From NCBI GenBank assembly GCA_015488555.1, contig WFNO01000122.1, positions 12,300 to 76,299 of the forward strand: a stretch of DNA of 64,000 nucleotides, written 5' to 3'. The stretch comes from Gammaproteobacteria bacterium. Its GTDB lineage: Bacteria > Pseudomonadota > Gammaproteobacteria > SZUA-140. A model generated the notes under the pieces. It did no database searches. It was given only the letters and a program-made list of their open reading frames with translations, and had not been told where the DNA came from. Positions 9,350 to 19,881 of this stretch are shown here, one piece after another. Made by a program: the position numbers and the translations under genes. Position 1 is the first letter of the stretch, and each line of letters starts with the position of its first letter.

Positions 9350-11379
9350 GGCGCCGATCCACTCTCCCGTGCCAGAGCGGAATCGCTCACCGGCACTGTA
9401 TCACCCGCCTGCACATCCCCCTTTGTGCGCTGGCGCCGTTTGTCCTTCAGTGCCAAGCGATAGCGCCGATCACTGATGGCCAACAACCCTCCCAATGCCA
9501 TGATCGCGCAACCGCCCCAGATCCACACCACGAAGGGCTTGTAATAGATGCGCACGATCCAGGCGCCACCCGGCAAGGGCTCCCCCAGGGAGACGTAGAT
9601 ATCGCGGAACAAGTTGGTATGGATGGCAGCCTCGGTCATGGGCATAGTCTGTACCCGATAGACGCGCTTCTCGGGATGCAAGACCACCAATTCACGGCCA
9701 TCTTTGCGCACGCTGAAGTAACCACGCGTGGCCTGGTAATTGGGACCGGGCACGTCCACCACGCCGTCGAAGCGGAAACTGTACCCAGCAATGGTAGCGG
9801 TATCTCCCAAATCCATGCGCACGTCCTTCTCGATCTCGTAACCACGCACCAAGGTCACGCCGATGATGAAGACCGCCACACCCAGGTGAGCCACCTGCAT
9901 GCCGTAATAGCTGCGGCTAATTCCCGCCAGGGCTCCTCGCCCCAGCTCGAGGTTACGGCGGATACGGCGAGCGAACCCCGTGACCACGGTGGCGATGATC
10001 CAAACGGCCAACAATATCCCCAAACTCACCAGTGGCGACCACTCTCCCCCCCTTATGAGGGGCACCAACACGGCTACCACAGCAGCACTGGCAAAGGCCC
10101 AGCGCAGGCGAACCGCCAACTCCGGCAAGGCGGCCTTCTTCCAGCGGGCCAGCGGGCCTACTCCCATCAGGAACACTAGCGGCACCATGAGAGGTAGAAA
10201 CACCGCCTCGAAATACGGTGGGCCCACCGAGATCTTGCCCAACCCCAGGGCATCCAGCACCAGGGGGTAGAGCGTACCCAACAACACGCTACCGGCAGCG
10301 ACGACCAGCAACACGTTGTTGGCAAGCAGCATGGATTCCCGAGAGACGAGATCGAAATGCCCGCCCTTGCCCACCTGCTGGGCACGCAAGGCATAGAGGA
10401 ACAGAGAACTCCCCACCACTACCACCAGGAAGGCAAGGATGAACACGCCGCGCTCGGGATCGGTGGCAAATGCATGTACCGAGGTCAACACTCCGGAGCG
10501 CACCAGGAAGGTCCCCAGCAGGCTCAAGGAGAAAGTCATGATGGCCAGCAACACCGTCCAGTTCTTGAAACTGCCGCGTTTTTCAGTCACTGCCAGAGAA
10601 TGGATGAGTGCCGTACCCACCAGCCAGGGCATGAAAGAGGCATTCTCTACTGGATCCCAGAACCACCAGCCGCCCCAACCCAGTTCGTAATAGGCCCACC
10701 AACTGCCCAAGGCGATACCCAAGGTAAGAAACACCCAGGCCACCGTCGTCCAGGGTCGCGACCAGCGAGCCCAGGTGGCATCCAGCCGCCCCCCTAAAAG
10801 GGCCGCAATGGCAAAAGCGAAAGCCACCGAAAATCCCACGTATCCCATATAAAGCAAGGGAGGATGGATCACCAAGCCGGGATCCTGCAACAACGGATTG
10901 AGGTCACGGCCATCAGGCGCCGGCGGGATGAGGCGCTCGAAAGGATTGGAAGTGAGCAGCGTAAACAAGAGGAAACCCACGGTGATCCAACCCAGCACGC
11001 CGATTACCCGAGCCACCATCTCCAGAGGCAGCCTGCGGCTGAACACGCTCACCGCCAGAGTCCATCCTGCGAGCATGAGCACCCACAGCAACAAGGAACC
11101 TTCATGCCCACCCCACACCCCAGCAATGCGGTATTGCAGGGGCAAGGCCGAATTGGAATGGGTAGCGGTATAGAGCACTGAGAAATCGTTGGTGACAAAG
11201 GCGTAGGTGAGGCAGGCATACGCAATGGCCACAAACACAAACAGGCCCTGTGCCAATGGCCGGGCCGCAGCCATCCAGGCCACGTTGCCACGGGCCGCTC
11301 CCACCAGAGGCAGAACACCCTGCACCAGGGCCAGTCCAAGTGCCAGGATCAAGGCAAAATGTCCAATTTCCGGGATCAT
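9346..11379 (-). CDS. ccmF: Holocytochrome c synthase CcmF
   Basis: [38 protein letters not shown]. Confidence 0.98.
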   Translation of the reverse strand: MIPEIGHFALILALGLALVQGVLPLVGAARGNVAWMAAARPLAQGLFVFVAIAYACLTYAFVTNDFSVLYTATHSNSALPLQYRIAGVWGGHEGSLLLWVLMLAGWTLAVSVFSRRLPLEMVARVIGVLGWITVGFLLFTLLTSNPFERLIPPAPDGRDLNPLLQDPGLVIHPPLLYMGYVGFSVAFAFAIAALLGGRLDATWARWSRPWTTVAWVFLTLGIALGSWWAYYELGWGGWWFWDPVENASFMPWLVGTALIHSLAVTEKRGSFKNWTVLLAIMTFSLSLLGTFLVRSGVLTSVHAFATDPERGVFILAFLVVVVGSSLFLYALRAQQVGKGGHFDLVSRESMLLANNVLLVVAAGSVLLGTLYPLVLDALGLGKISVGPPYFEAVFLPLMVPLVFLMGVGPLARWKKAALPELAVRLRWAFASAAVVAVLVPLIRGGEWSPLVSLGILLAVWIIATVVTGFARRIRRNLELGRGALAGISRSYYGMQVAHLGVAVFIIGVTLVRGYEIEKDVRMDLGDTATIAGYSFRFDGVVDVPGPNYQATRGYFSVRKDGRELVVLHPEKRVYRVQTMPMTEAAIHTNLFRDIYVSLGEPLPGGAWIVRIYYKPFVVWIWGGCAIMALGGLLAISDRRYRLALKDKRRQRTKGDVQAGDTVPVSDSALARESGSAP

Positions 11380-11840
11380 GGCAAATCTCCTCCGGTAGCC
11401 GAATCAGCACCACTGCGCTGCTTGGCCTTTTCCAAGGCCTCCGCCACTTCCGGAGGCATGTAGGTTTCATCGTGTTTGGCCAGCACTTCCTCAGCGTGAA
11501 ATACCCCGTCCTCGCCCAGCTTGCCTTGGGCCACTACGCCCTGTCCTTCGCGGAACAGGTCGGGCAGAATACCGCTGTAGACCACGGGAATGGTCTCCAC
11601 GTTGTCCGTCACCCGGAAATGCACCGTGATGCCATCGGGCTGGCGCTGCACACTGCCCTCCTCTACCAGTCCACCGATACGAAAACTGCGTCCCACCGGA
11701 GCCTCGTTGGCCATCACTTCACTGGGACTGAAGAAAAAGACCAAATTACTGCGAAAGGCATTGAGCACCAGCGCCGCCGCCACGCCGATGCCGGCCACCC
11801 CCAGGACGATAAAAACGAGTCGCTTGTGTCTAGGCTTCAT
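11376..11840 (-). CDS. ccmE: Heme chaperone CcmE
   Basis: [10 protein letters not shown] and AKHDETY; start ATG 11840 (MKPRHKR). Confidence 0.97.
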   Translation of the reverse strand: MKPRHKRLVFIVLGVAGIGVAAALVLNAFRSNLVFFFSPSEVMANEAPVGRSFRIGGLVEEGSVQRQPDGITVHFRVTDNVETIPVVYSGILPDLFREGQGVVAQGKLGEDGVFHAEEVLAKHDETYMPPEVAEALEKAKQRSGADSATGGDLP

Positions 11841-12012
11841 GTTCCACCCTTCTTCCGGACCTCCGCTGAATTCGACCCAAGCGATGAAGAATAGTTCGCC
11901 GTCGCTGGCGCACACGCCAGACTTCCATCAACATCAACAACAAGGCCACGCCATAGGAACCCCATACATAGGCGCCATAACCGCCCATGGCCCAGAATTC
12001 CGACCAACTCAT
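11830..12012 (-). CDS. ccmD: Heme exporter protein CcmD
   Basis: [21 protein letters not shown] followed by a basic tail; lies between ccmC and ccmE. Confidence 0.93.
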   Translation of the reverse strand: MSWSEFWAMGGYGAYVWGSYGVALLLMLMEVWRVRQRRRTILHRLGRIQRRSGRRVEHEA

Positions 12013-12761
12013 CGTCTTTCTTCCTCCAACACTTCCAAAACCCATTCGCTGTGACGTTCGCGCTCGAGAATAATACAGCGCACCCGCGCCAGGACCACGG
12101 CGATGGCGTACATCCAACACGCAAAGGTCATCACCAGCAGGGCTGCCAGCATGCTGTCTGCCATCGTGGGAGCCTTGTCGAAACTGATGGACGCTCCCTG
12201 GTGCAAGGTATTCCACCACTCGACGGAATAATAGATGATAGGCACGTTGACCACGCCTACGATGGCCAGCAGGCCACTGGCACGAGAGGCACGCCGCGGA
12301 TCGTCAATTGCCGCCTCCAAGGACATGTAACCGATATACAGAAACAATAGAATCAATTCAGAGGTGAGACGAGCGTCCCATACCCACCAAGTGCCCCACA
12401 TAGGCTTGCCCCATAGGGCTCCCGTCCACAGGGCGAGAAAGGTGAACAGCGCGCCGGTAGGGGCCAAAGCGCTGGCCATCATGGCCGACAGACGGGTGTT
12501 GAAAATCAGGCCCAACGCGGCATAACCAGCCATGACAACGTAGATGAACATGGACATCCAAGCGGCCGGCACATGGATGAACATGATGCGGTAGGCATCT
12601 CCCTGCTGGTAGTCAGGCGGCGCCACGAAGAAGCCCAGATAGAGCCCTGCCACCGTAGCCACCGCCGCCAGACCGGCAAACCATGGAATCATCCTGCCGG
12701 CCAATGGATAGAAAGTGGCTGGTGAAGAATACTTGAACCAGTTGATTCCAGTGGTACTCAT
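12009..12761 (-). CDS. ccmC: Heme exporter protein CcmC
   Basis: IHVPAAW, WGKPMWGTWWVWDARLTS, WWNTLHQ; start ATG 12761. Confidence 0.97.
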   Translation of the reverse strand: MSTTGINWFKYSSPATFYPLAGRMIPWFAGLAAVATVAGLYLGFFVAPPDYQQGDAYRIMFIHVPAAWMSMFIYVVMAGYAALGLIFNTRLSAMMASALAPTGALFTFLALWTGALWGKPMWGTWWVWDARLTSELILLFLYIGYMSLEAAIDDPRRASRASGLLAIVGVVNVPIIYYSVEWWNTLHQGASISFDKAPTMADSMLAALLVMTFACWMYAIAVVLARVRCIILERERHSEWVLEVLEEERR

Positions 12762-12825
12762 GACCCGCGCGCGTCCCTCGATTCCATAGCTTCGATTTCC
12801 ATTTCTGCTACAATTCCTCCCCGTT

Positions 12826-13494
12826 TCAATCCAGCGAGATTCGTAGTGCCGCGGCCGCCGCCAGGGGAGCGAAGCACAAGGCCAACACCGCGATGGCACC
12901 CAACAGTGACAGATGGGCCGTGGCCCCCAAACCACTTACCTGTGCCTCCACCGCGCCCGCACCGAAGATGAGCACGGGAATGTAAAGAGGTAGCACCAGC
13001 AGGGATACCAGCACACTGCCACCCCGCAACCCCAGAGTCAGGGCCGCCCCCACCGCGCCGATGAGGCTGATGGCCGGTGTCCCCAACAACAGGGTCCACC
13101 AAAGGGTCCATAAAGCCTCTCCTTCCAGGCCGAATTGCAAACCCAACAAAGGCGCCATCAACACCAATGGCAGGCCAGTCACCAACCAGTGGGCCAGCAC
13201 CTTGGCCGCTACCAGCAGGGACAAGGGCTGCGGCGCGAGCAGGATCTGCTCCAGGGTACCATCACTGTAGTCGTTGCCGAACAAACGCCCCAGGGCCAGC
13301 ATGGAGGCCAGGATGGCCGCCACCCATACCACGCCTGGCGCGATAACGCGTAAGGTCTCCATTTCGGGCCCTACCCCCAGGGGAAACAGGCTCACCACGA
13401 TCACGAAGAAAAACAAAGTCGTCAATACATCCGCCACCCGCCGCACGGCCAAGGTGAGGTCGCGCATCACCATGCTGCGCAGGGCAGCCCACAT
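12826..13494 (-). CDS. ccmB: Heme exporter permease CcmB
   Basis: LFPLGVGP, FGNDYSDGTLEQ, PLYIPVLIFG. Confidence 0.97.
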   Translation of the reverse strand: MWAALRSMVMRDLTLAVRRVADVLTTLFFFVIVVSLFPLGVGPEMETLRVIAPGVVWVAAILASMLALGRLFGNDYSDGTLEQILLAPQPLSLLVAAKVLAHWLVTGLPLVLMAPLLGLQFGLEGEALWTLWWTLLLGTPAISLIGAVGAALTLGLRGGSVLVSLLVLPLYIPVLIFGAGAVEAQVSGLGATAHLSLLGAIAVLALCFAPLAAAAALRISLD

Positions 13495-13497
13495 TCC

Positions 13498-14130
13498 TCA
13501 ATCCCCCCAGCTTCCCATGGCGATGGTCTTGGCTACCGCAGCGGTGAGCATCACCTCCTGATGTGTAGTGAGCACCACCAGTCCACCCCCCCGCAGATGA
13601 TTCGCCAAGGTCTGTTCCAGGCCAGCCACTGCCTTTTTATCCAAGGCGGTGAAGGGCTCGTCCAGGATCCATATGCGCACCGGCGTCAAGTATAGCCGCG
13701 CCAATGCCACCCGCCGTTTCTGTCCCTGCGAAAGTACCTGTACGGGCAGGTCAGCACAATCCTCCAATCCCAGAGCGTCCAGCGCCTCCAGGGCCTGCCG
13801 CTCGGAGACGGGCCGCCCTTGCAAGGCCGAGGCCACGCGCAGGTTCTCCAAGGCGGTCAATTCGTCCTTCAATGCCGCAGCGTGTCCCAAGTACAACAGC
13901 TCGCGCCTGTAGTCCTCTCCCAGTTTGCGGATGGAGTGGCCCTCCCAGCGCACCTCCCCGGCCTCCGGCAGCACCAAGCCGCAGAGCATGCGCAGCAGCG
14001 TGGTCTTACCGCTGCCGTTGGGTCCGTGTACGTACAGCAGTTCGCCGGCCGCCAGCGAGAATGCCAGCCCCGTGAAGAGGCGTCGGTCACCGCGCACGGC
14101 CGCCAGGCCCACGGCCTCCAGCATCAGCAC
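13498..14130 (-). CDS. ccmA: Heme exporter ATPase CcmA
   Basis: Walker A GPNGSGKT, LSQGQKRR, WILDEP. Confidence 0.97.
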   Translation of the reverse strand: MLMLEAVGLAAVRGDRRLFTGLAFSLAAGELLYVHGPNGSGKTTLLRMLCGLVLPEAGEVRWEGHSIRKLGEDYRRELLYLGHAAALKDELTALENLRVASALQGRPVSERQALEALDALGLEDCADLPVQVLSQGQKRRVALARLYLTPVRIWILDEPFTALDKKAVAGLEQTLANHLRGGGLVVLTTHQEVMLTAAVAKTIAMGSWGD

Positions 14131-14401
14131 CGCTCCCGGGCGCCACGGTTACCGCACCCCGGCAGTGCGTATGTTACCATATCCACAGACTGATTATCTG
14201 GAAAGTGCTTGAAAATCAAAATCTCAAACAACGTGGGGGGGAGGGCGGCCTCATACCGGAGCGCGACTATCCCGACTTCTTCACCAACACAGAGAACGTT
14301 CCCGAAACAAATATATGAAGCTTGAGATGATACCCCACTTGGTTCAAGTCTGGCCAGTCCAGTACTGGATCCGGTACTCGATCCGGCATCGGGCGACACG
14401 C

Positions 14402-14434
14402 CAGGAGAAACCTACCCACAGGAGAAACCTACCC
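14402..14434 (+). repeat. 16-bp direct repeat CAGGAGAAACCTACCC x2 just upstream of moxR
   Basis: Identical copies at 14402-14417 and 14419-14434; ATG at 14438. Confidence 0.85.
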
Positions 14435-14437
14435 TAA

Positions 14438-15394
14438 ATGAGTAATGAAGCACTGGCCATGCTCCGGAACCGGCTCGCCGTTCGTATCCTGGGTCAGGAG
14501 GATCTCATCGAACGCCTGCTGGTAGGTCTTCTGGGCAGGGGACACCTCTTGCTGGAAGGCGTTCCAGGGCTGGCCAAGACCACCCTCGTACGGGCGCTGG
14601 CCGAGGGCCTGGCCCTGCGCTTCAAACGCATCCAGTTCACGCCGGACCTCATTCCCGGTGACATCACCGGTAGCGAGATCTTCCTGCCCCAGGAGGGCCG
14701 CTTTCGCTTCGCAGAGGGCCCTCTGTTTCACGACATCGTACTGGCAGACGAAATCAACCGGGCGCCGCCCAAGGTGCAATCGGCTCTGCTCGAGGCCATG
14801 GAGGAACGCCAAGTGACGGTGGGAGACCGCACCCGCCCCCTCTCCCCGGTCTTCACCGTCATCGCCACCCAGAACCCCATCGAACAGGAAGGCACCTATC
14901 CCCTGCCGGAGGCCCAGCTGGACCGTTTCTTCATGAAACTGCACGTGGACTATCCCGACGAGGACACCGAATTGGCCATCCTCCGCCAGGAAGGCCGGCC
15001 GGGACTGGTGACCGATGCTGAATCGGATACCACACTGGACGCCGAAACCCTGATGGCGGCACGCGCCGAGGCCGCCGCGGTGTACATGGACGAAATGCTG
15101 GAGCGCTATGTGGTGGCCCTGGTGCAATGCAGCCGGCGGCCCGCTGAATGGGACGCGGAACTGGCGGAGTGGCTCACCCGCGGGGCCTCGCCCCGCGCCA
15201 CGCTGGCCCTGGCACTGGCCGCCCGTTGCCGCGCCTATCTGCGTGCGCGCGACTTCGTCACGCCGGAAGATATCCTGGCGGTGGCCGGCGACGTGCTCCA
15301 TCACCGCCTCGGTCTGAGCTTCGCCGCTCGCAGCGCCGGCGTCGACGGCCGCCAGGCGGTGGCCCGATTGCTGGAAGTGGTTCCCGCTCCCTGA
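14438..15394 (+). CDS. moxR: MoxR-family AAA+ ATPase
   Basis: LLEGVPGLAKT, RIQFTPDL, LADEINRAPPKVQSALLEAMEE, ATQNPIEQEGTYPLPEAQLDRF. Confidence 0.97.
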   Translation: MSNEALAMLRNRLAVRILGQEDLIERLLVGLLGRGHLLLEGVPGLAKTTLVRALAEGLALRFKRIQFTPDLIPGDITGSEIFLPQEGRFRFAEGPLFHDIVLADEINRAPPKVQSALLEAMEERQVTVGDRTRPLSPVFTVIATQNPIEQEGTYPLPEAQLDRFFMKLHVDYPDEDTELAILRQEGRPGLVTDAESDTTLDAETLMAARAEAAAVYMDEMLERYVVALVQCSRRPAEWDAELAEWLTRGASPRATLALALAARCRAYLRARDFVTPEDILAVAGDVLHHRLGLSFAARSAGVDGRQAVARLLEVVPAP

Positions 15395-15395
15395 C

Positions 15396-15539
15396 AAGGC
15401 TGTTGAGATTCTCCTCATGCGGCGCGATCCGGCGTTGAAAATGGCCTCGAAATGCTCTTTTGCAATAAACTTACGCTTTCTCGGCCATTTTCGCCTGGTC
15501 TCGCGCTCGCCCGAGCGAATTCCAAATTCCAACAGCCTG
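15396..15539. repeat. MITE/ERIC-like repeat, copy 2 (inside the moxR operon)
   Basis: AAGGCTGTTGAGATTC ... AATTCCAACAGCCTG with the same body as copy 1; local AATTCCA duplication at the right end. Confidence 0.9.
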
Positions 15540-15546
15540 CTGAGCC

Positions 15547-16464
15547 ATGAAGACCTCGGCCGCCACTGATCCGCGCCGCGCGCCCCTGGTGGACACGGCC
15601 ACCCTGGAAGGGCTGCTGCTACAGGTACAGGCCCACTGGCAGGCGCAGCGCCGGAGCCATCGCTTCGCGCGCCCCTACGCCGGTCCCCTGCCCGCCCTGT
15701 TGCGCGGCCAGGGCCTGGAACTGCACGATCGCCGGCCCTATCAGGCGGGCGACGATCTGCGCCACCTGGACTGGCGGGCCATGGCCCGCAGCGGCCGCCC
15801 GCTCACCAAGGTCTATCTGGAAGAGGGCGGCCGGGAACTGTTCCTGCTGCTGGACCGCCGCGCCGGCATGCGATTCGGCAGCCGGCACGAACCGAAAGCA
15901 GCCTGCGCCGCCCGCACCGCAGCCATCCTCGCCTTCGCTGCCCTGTGCGCCGGCGAGCGGACCGGAGGGATGGTGGTGGAAGGCGAAGCGCGCCACTTCC
16001 CGGCCAGCGCCACCCTGGCCGGCCTCCATCCCCTGTTGCAAGCCGCCGCTGCACCCCTGCCGGAGCGGCCGCCGCCCCCCTGCGAGCTCGCGCACCTGTG
16101 GCCCCGAGTGGCCCAGCACTGTCAGCCGGGCGTGCAGCTGTGTCTGATCAGCGACTTCCGCCGACTCGAGGACTGGCCACAAGAGGCCCTGCAGGGCCTG
16201 GCCCGGCGCTGCGAGATCCACGCCTTTCAGATTTGCGACCGCGGCGAGGCCTCCCTGCCCAAGCGGGGCCGCTTGTGCCTGCACGACGAGCAAGGGCGGG
16301 AATACCTGGTGGACTGCCGAGACGCCGCCCTGCGCCGGGACTACGCCGCCGCCATCGAAGGCTGGCAACGGCGGCTGCAGGCCCGGTTGCACGCCGCTGG
16401 CATCCCCCTGACGGTGGTCTATAATCACCGGGACACCTTCCGGCAGTTGATTCAATCCCACTAG
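15547..16464 (+). CDS. DUF58 family MoxR-associated protein
   Basis: G.GLE..D.RPYQAGDDLRHLDWRAMAR and ISDF; follows moxR. Confidence 0.92.
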   Translation: MKTSAATDPRRAPLVDTATLEGLLLQVQAHWQAQRRSHRFARPYAGPLPALLRGQGLELHDRRPYQAGDDLRHLDWRAMARSGRPLTKVYLEEGGRELFLLLDRRAGMRFGSRHEPKAACAARTAAILAFAALCAGERTGGMVVEGEARHFPASATLAGLHPLLQAAAAPLPERPPPPCELAHLWPRVAQHCQPGVQLCLISDFRRLEDWPQEALQGLARRCEIHAFQICDRGEASLPKRGRLCLHDEQGREYLVDCRDAALRRDYAAAIEGWQRRLQARLHAAGIPLTVVYNHRDTFRQLIQSH

Positions 16465-16486
16465 CAGGCCTGGCCCATCGCTGTTC

Positions 16487-17023
16487 ATGAACACCCTCGC
16501 CGATGCCGCACCCGCCTTGCCCCCAGAATGGCTCGCCCGGCTGGCGGACATCGAGCCGCCGCCGCCCGCAGGGCTGGCCTGGCTCTGGACCCTGATCGCC
16601 GTGCTGCTCCTGTCCGGCCTGCTGGGGGGGGTGTGGCTGCTGCGCTCGCGGCGCCGGGCCGGGGCGCCGGCCGATCATTCCCCTGCTCATCCGCTGCAGT
16701 CGGAGACGCCAGAGGATCTCCAAAACGAGGCCCTCCGGCGTCTGGACCGCCTGGAACACCGATGGCGCCAGGGCCACTGCTCCTCGCGGGAGGCGGCCTA
16801 TCACCTGGCCGCCATCCTGCGCCGCGGCGCCGCCATCCCGTCAGAACGGTCAGAAGCGTGGGCGTACCTGCAACGCCGGCTGGACGAATTGCGCTATCCA
16901 CGCCGTCCGGCAGGCGAACTGGAACCGGAGCTGTTCGCGCGGGCCCGGGCCTTCCTGGAACCGCGGGTGGAGGATGCGGCCCGCAGCCGCCGGGAACGGG
17001 AGGCGGAGCAACCGCCCGCCTGA
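16487..17023 (+). CDS. DUF4381-like membrane protein
   Basis: LADIEPPPP..W plus one TM helix; usual position in MoxR-VWA operons. Confidence 0.75.
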   Translation: MNTLADAAPALPPEWLARLADIEPPPPAGLAWLWTLIAVLLLSGLLGGVWLLRSRRRAGAPADHSPAHPLQSETPEDLQNEALRRLDRLEHRWRQGHCSSREAAYHLAAILRRGAAIPSERSEAWAYLQRRLDELRYPRRPAGELEPELFARARAFLEPRVEDAARSRREREAEQPPA

Positions 17024-17035
17024 GGACGTGCCGCC

Positions 17036-18049
17036 GTGTGGATCCTCGACCAACCGTACTGGTTGTTCCTGTTCCCCCTCCCCCTGCTGCTCTGGTGGTT
17101 GCTGCACAGGCGCACCGGCAATGTGCGCGGGGCTTCCCTGTACCATCCCCACGCCGAACTGATCGCGGACCTGGCCGCCGCTCGCGGTGCCACCGTCCAT
17201 GGCAGGACGTCGCTCCTCCCGCTGTCCTATCTCCTGGCCAGCCTGCTGTTCCTCCTCGCCCTCGCCCGCCCGCAATGGCTGGACTTCGAGGCCCCCGAGG
17301 CACGCCAGGGACATGAGTTGATGGTGGCCTTGGACGTCTCGGGCTCCATGCGGGCTCTGGACTTCAGCGAGGCGGGTGAAACCGGCGCACCGACTGCCAG
17401 CCGGCTGGGCGTGGTCCGATCCGCCCTCGACGATTTCCTTGCCGGGCGCCGCCACGACCGCATCGGCCTGGTGCTCTTCGGCGACAGCGCCGCCCTCTAC
17501 GTCCCCCTCACCACCGATCACCAGCTCCTCCGGGAGCTGCTCGCCGAAGTGCGGCCCGGTATGCTGGGTGAACGGACCGCCCTGGGCGATGCCGTGGCCC
17601 TGGCCGTGGACCGCCTGCGCCGCCGGCCCGAACCGAGCCGTCTGTTGATCCTGTTCAGTGACGGCGCCCACACGGCCGGTGACATCACCCCGGAGGAGGC
17701 CCTGGACCTGGCACGCCGCCACGGCGTGCGCATCTTCACGGTGGCCGTGGGCCGCGCGGAGAAAGTGCTCTTCCCGCGCGGCCCCGTGCTCGCGCCGGAA
17801 GTGACCGTGCTGCCGCCGGACACCGCGCTGCTCCAGCGCCTGGCGCGCGAGAGCGGCGGGCACTTCTATCGGGCCGAGTCGGCGTCGGACATGCAGCGCA
17901 TCCTGGACGATCTGAACGCCCGCGCCCCCACCGTGATCCGCGACCCGGAACGGGCGGTGCGCCACCAATGGTTCTTCCTGCCCGTGTTGGCCGGGCTCGC
18001 CCTCCTGCTCGCCGCCCGCTATCGGCTACAGTGGAGGACCGCGCCGTGA
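17036..18049 (+). CDS. VWA-domain membrane protein (BatA-like)
   Basis: ALARPQW, MIDAS DVSGSM, DRIGLVLFG, TALGDA, SDG. Confidence 0.92.
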   Translation: MWILDQPYWLFLFPLPLLLWWLLHRRTGNVRGASLYHPHAELIADLAAARGATVHGRTSLLPLSYLLASLLFLLALARPQWLDFEAPEARQGHELMVALDVSGSMRALDFSEAGETGAPTASRLGVVRSALDDFLAGRRHDRIGLVLFGDSAALYVPLTTDHQLLRELLAEVRPGMLGERTALGDAVALAVDRLRRRPEPSRLLILFSDGAHTAGDITPEEALDLARRHGVRIFTVAVGRAEKVLFPRGPVLAPEVTVLPPDTALLQRLARESGGHFYRAESASDMQRILDDLNARAPTVIRDPERAVRHQWFFLPVLAGLALLLAARYRLQWRTAP

Positions 18050-19881
18050 GCGGTATGGAAGCGGCCGCCTTCACTGGAACCCTCACCTGGTCCCAACCCT
18101 GGTGGCTGCTGCTCCTGCCCCTGCCCTGGTGGCTGTACCGCCACGCCCGCCGCCGGGCGCAGCGGGAGCTGCGCGCGCTGGCGGCGCCGGTTCTGTGGCC
18201 GCTGCTCGTCCACTCGGCGGCCGGCCGCGTCCAGGCCAGGATCTCGGCGGGGCTGTTCGCGGCGGCCTGGGTCCTGGCACTGGTGGCGGCCAGCGGCCCT
18301 CAGCTTAGCTCCGGTTCCGACCCCGCGCAGGCGGCACCGGGACTGGCCGTGGACGTGGCGCTGGTGGTGGACGTCTCTCCCTCCATGGCGGCGCGGGACC
18401 TGCCACCTTCCCGCCTGCAGCGGGCGAAATTCGAGTTGCGCGACTTCATCACCGATGCGCGCGGCCTGCGCCTGTCCCTGGTGGCCTTCTCGGCCCAGGC
18501 CTATCGACTCCTGCCCCTCACCGGGGACCTGGACACCGTGGCCTATTTCGTGGACGCCCTGGACAGCGGCCTCACCCGCCGCCACGGCTCCAATCTCACC
18601 ATGGCCCTGGAACTGGCCGCCCGCACCCTGGAACGCAGCCCGCCGGACAGCCGCGCCATCCTGGTGCTGAGCGACGGCGAGGCCATGGATCCCGCCGCCG
18701 TGCGGGCGGCCGGCGAACGCCTGGGACGCAGGGGCATACCCGTGCTCGCCCTGGGTATAGGCACGCGGGCGGGAGCGCCGGTACGCGACCCCCTGGGGCG
18801 TTTCCTGTCCCGGGAGAAAGGCCCGGTGATCTCCCGCCTCGACGCCGATCTCCTGGAGGCATTGGCCCGCGCCAGCGGCGGGCGCTATGTCTCCCTCGCC
18901 GACGACGACCGAGACTGGGATGCTGTTTGGGAGGCTCTGGCGGCCTTGCGTCCTGCCCTGCGCCCGGGTACGGGACCGCTTCCTCAAGACCAGCCTCTCT
19001 ATGCCTATTTCCTGGTACCGGCCCTGATCCTCTTCCTGCTCCACCTCCTGGTCCCCATGCTCATCCCCAAGAGGACCGCCGACCGGATGCCAGGGTCTTC
19101 CTCCCGCGTAACCGCCGGCCCTTCGCCGGCACAGGGAAGAGGCCTGCCGCGAGCGGCAGTGACGGCTTCGGCCCTGGCCTGTGCGGCGCTGCTCCTGCCC
19201 GCCAGCCTCACGGCCCAGGCGCCGCTGCCAGTCGCGAGTGAGGAAGCGCTGCCGCTTCCCTCGCGCAAGGCCCCGCCCTTCCCCCTGCAGTCCTTTCACG
19301 CCTATCTGGGCGAGCGTGCCCTGCGGCGTGGAGACGCCTTGGGCGCGGCCCGCCACTATGCCCGCGCCGGCGGCTACGCGGGCGCCCTGGGCCTAGGGAC
19401 GGCGGCCTACCGCCTGGGCCACCTGGCACGCGCCCGCGAGGCCTTTGCAGCCGCCCTGGAATGGGCAGTCGACGATGCACAGCGGGCCCGGGCCGCCTAC
19501 GACCTGGGCACCACATTGTTGCGCGCAGGAGAGTGGGGGGCGGCCCGGGAGGCCCTGGAAGCGGCCCTGCGCTGGCAGCCCCAGCACAAGGGCGCCTGGC
19601 GCAATCTGCAGCTCCTCTCCGAACTCCGCCTGGGGGGCGACCCGCAGGAAGGAGAGGATGCGGAAAGCCCGGAGGACCAGGGGACCTTGCCGGGCGGAGC
19701 GGATACGAACGCAACGGGCAGCGGCGGCCAGCGGGGTGGGCCAGCCTCACCGCTCTGGCCCGGCCGCGGCCGGCAGTCCATGCCTGCCGCAGCGGGCGAT
19801 GCGGGCCCCCTGCTGCTGCGCCTGCGCATGGAGGCCCAGGAAGCCGCCCTGGAGGCCCTGCCGGTGGAGCGCCCATGGTGA
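18046..19881 (+). CDS. VWA plus TPR protein (BatB/C-like fusion)
   Basis: DVSPSMAARDLPPSRL, PLTGD, SDGE, C-terminal TPRs; start GTG 18046 or ATG 18055. Confidence 0.88.
   Translation: MSGMEAAAFTGTLTWSQPWWLLLLPLPWWLYRHARRRAQRELRALAAPVLWPLLVHSAAGRVQARISAGLFAAAWVLALVAASGPQLSSGSDPAQAAPGLAVDVALVVDVSPSMAARDLPPSRLQRAKFELRDFITDARGLRLSLVAFSAQAYRLLPLTGDLDTVAYFVDALDSGLTRRHGSNLTMALELAARTLERSPPDSRAILVLSDGEAMDPAAVRAAGERLGRRGIPVLALGIGTRAGAPVRDPLGRFLSREKGPVISRLDADLLEALARASGGRYVSLADDDRDWDAVWEALAALRPALRPGTGPLPQDQPLYAYFLVPALILFLLHLLVPMLIPKRTADRMPGSSSRVTAGPSPAQGRGLPRAAVTASALACAALLLPASLTAQAPLPVASEEALPLPSRKAPPFPLQSFHAYLGERALRRGDALGAARHYARAGGYAGALGLGTAAYRLGHLARAREAFAAALEWAVDDAQRARAAYDLGTTLLRAGEWGAAREALEAALRWQPQHKGAWRNLQLLSELRLGGDPQEGEDAESPEDQGTLPGGADTNATGSGGQRGGPASPLWPGRGRQSMPAAAGDAGPLLLRLRMEAQEAALEALPVERPW

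Noticed and set aside
14429..15532. 367-aa minus-strand ORF
   Set aside because: Antisense shadow of moxR whose start runs through the repeat element; no recognisable motifs
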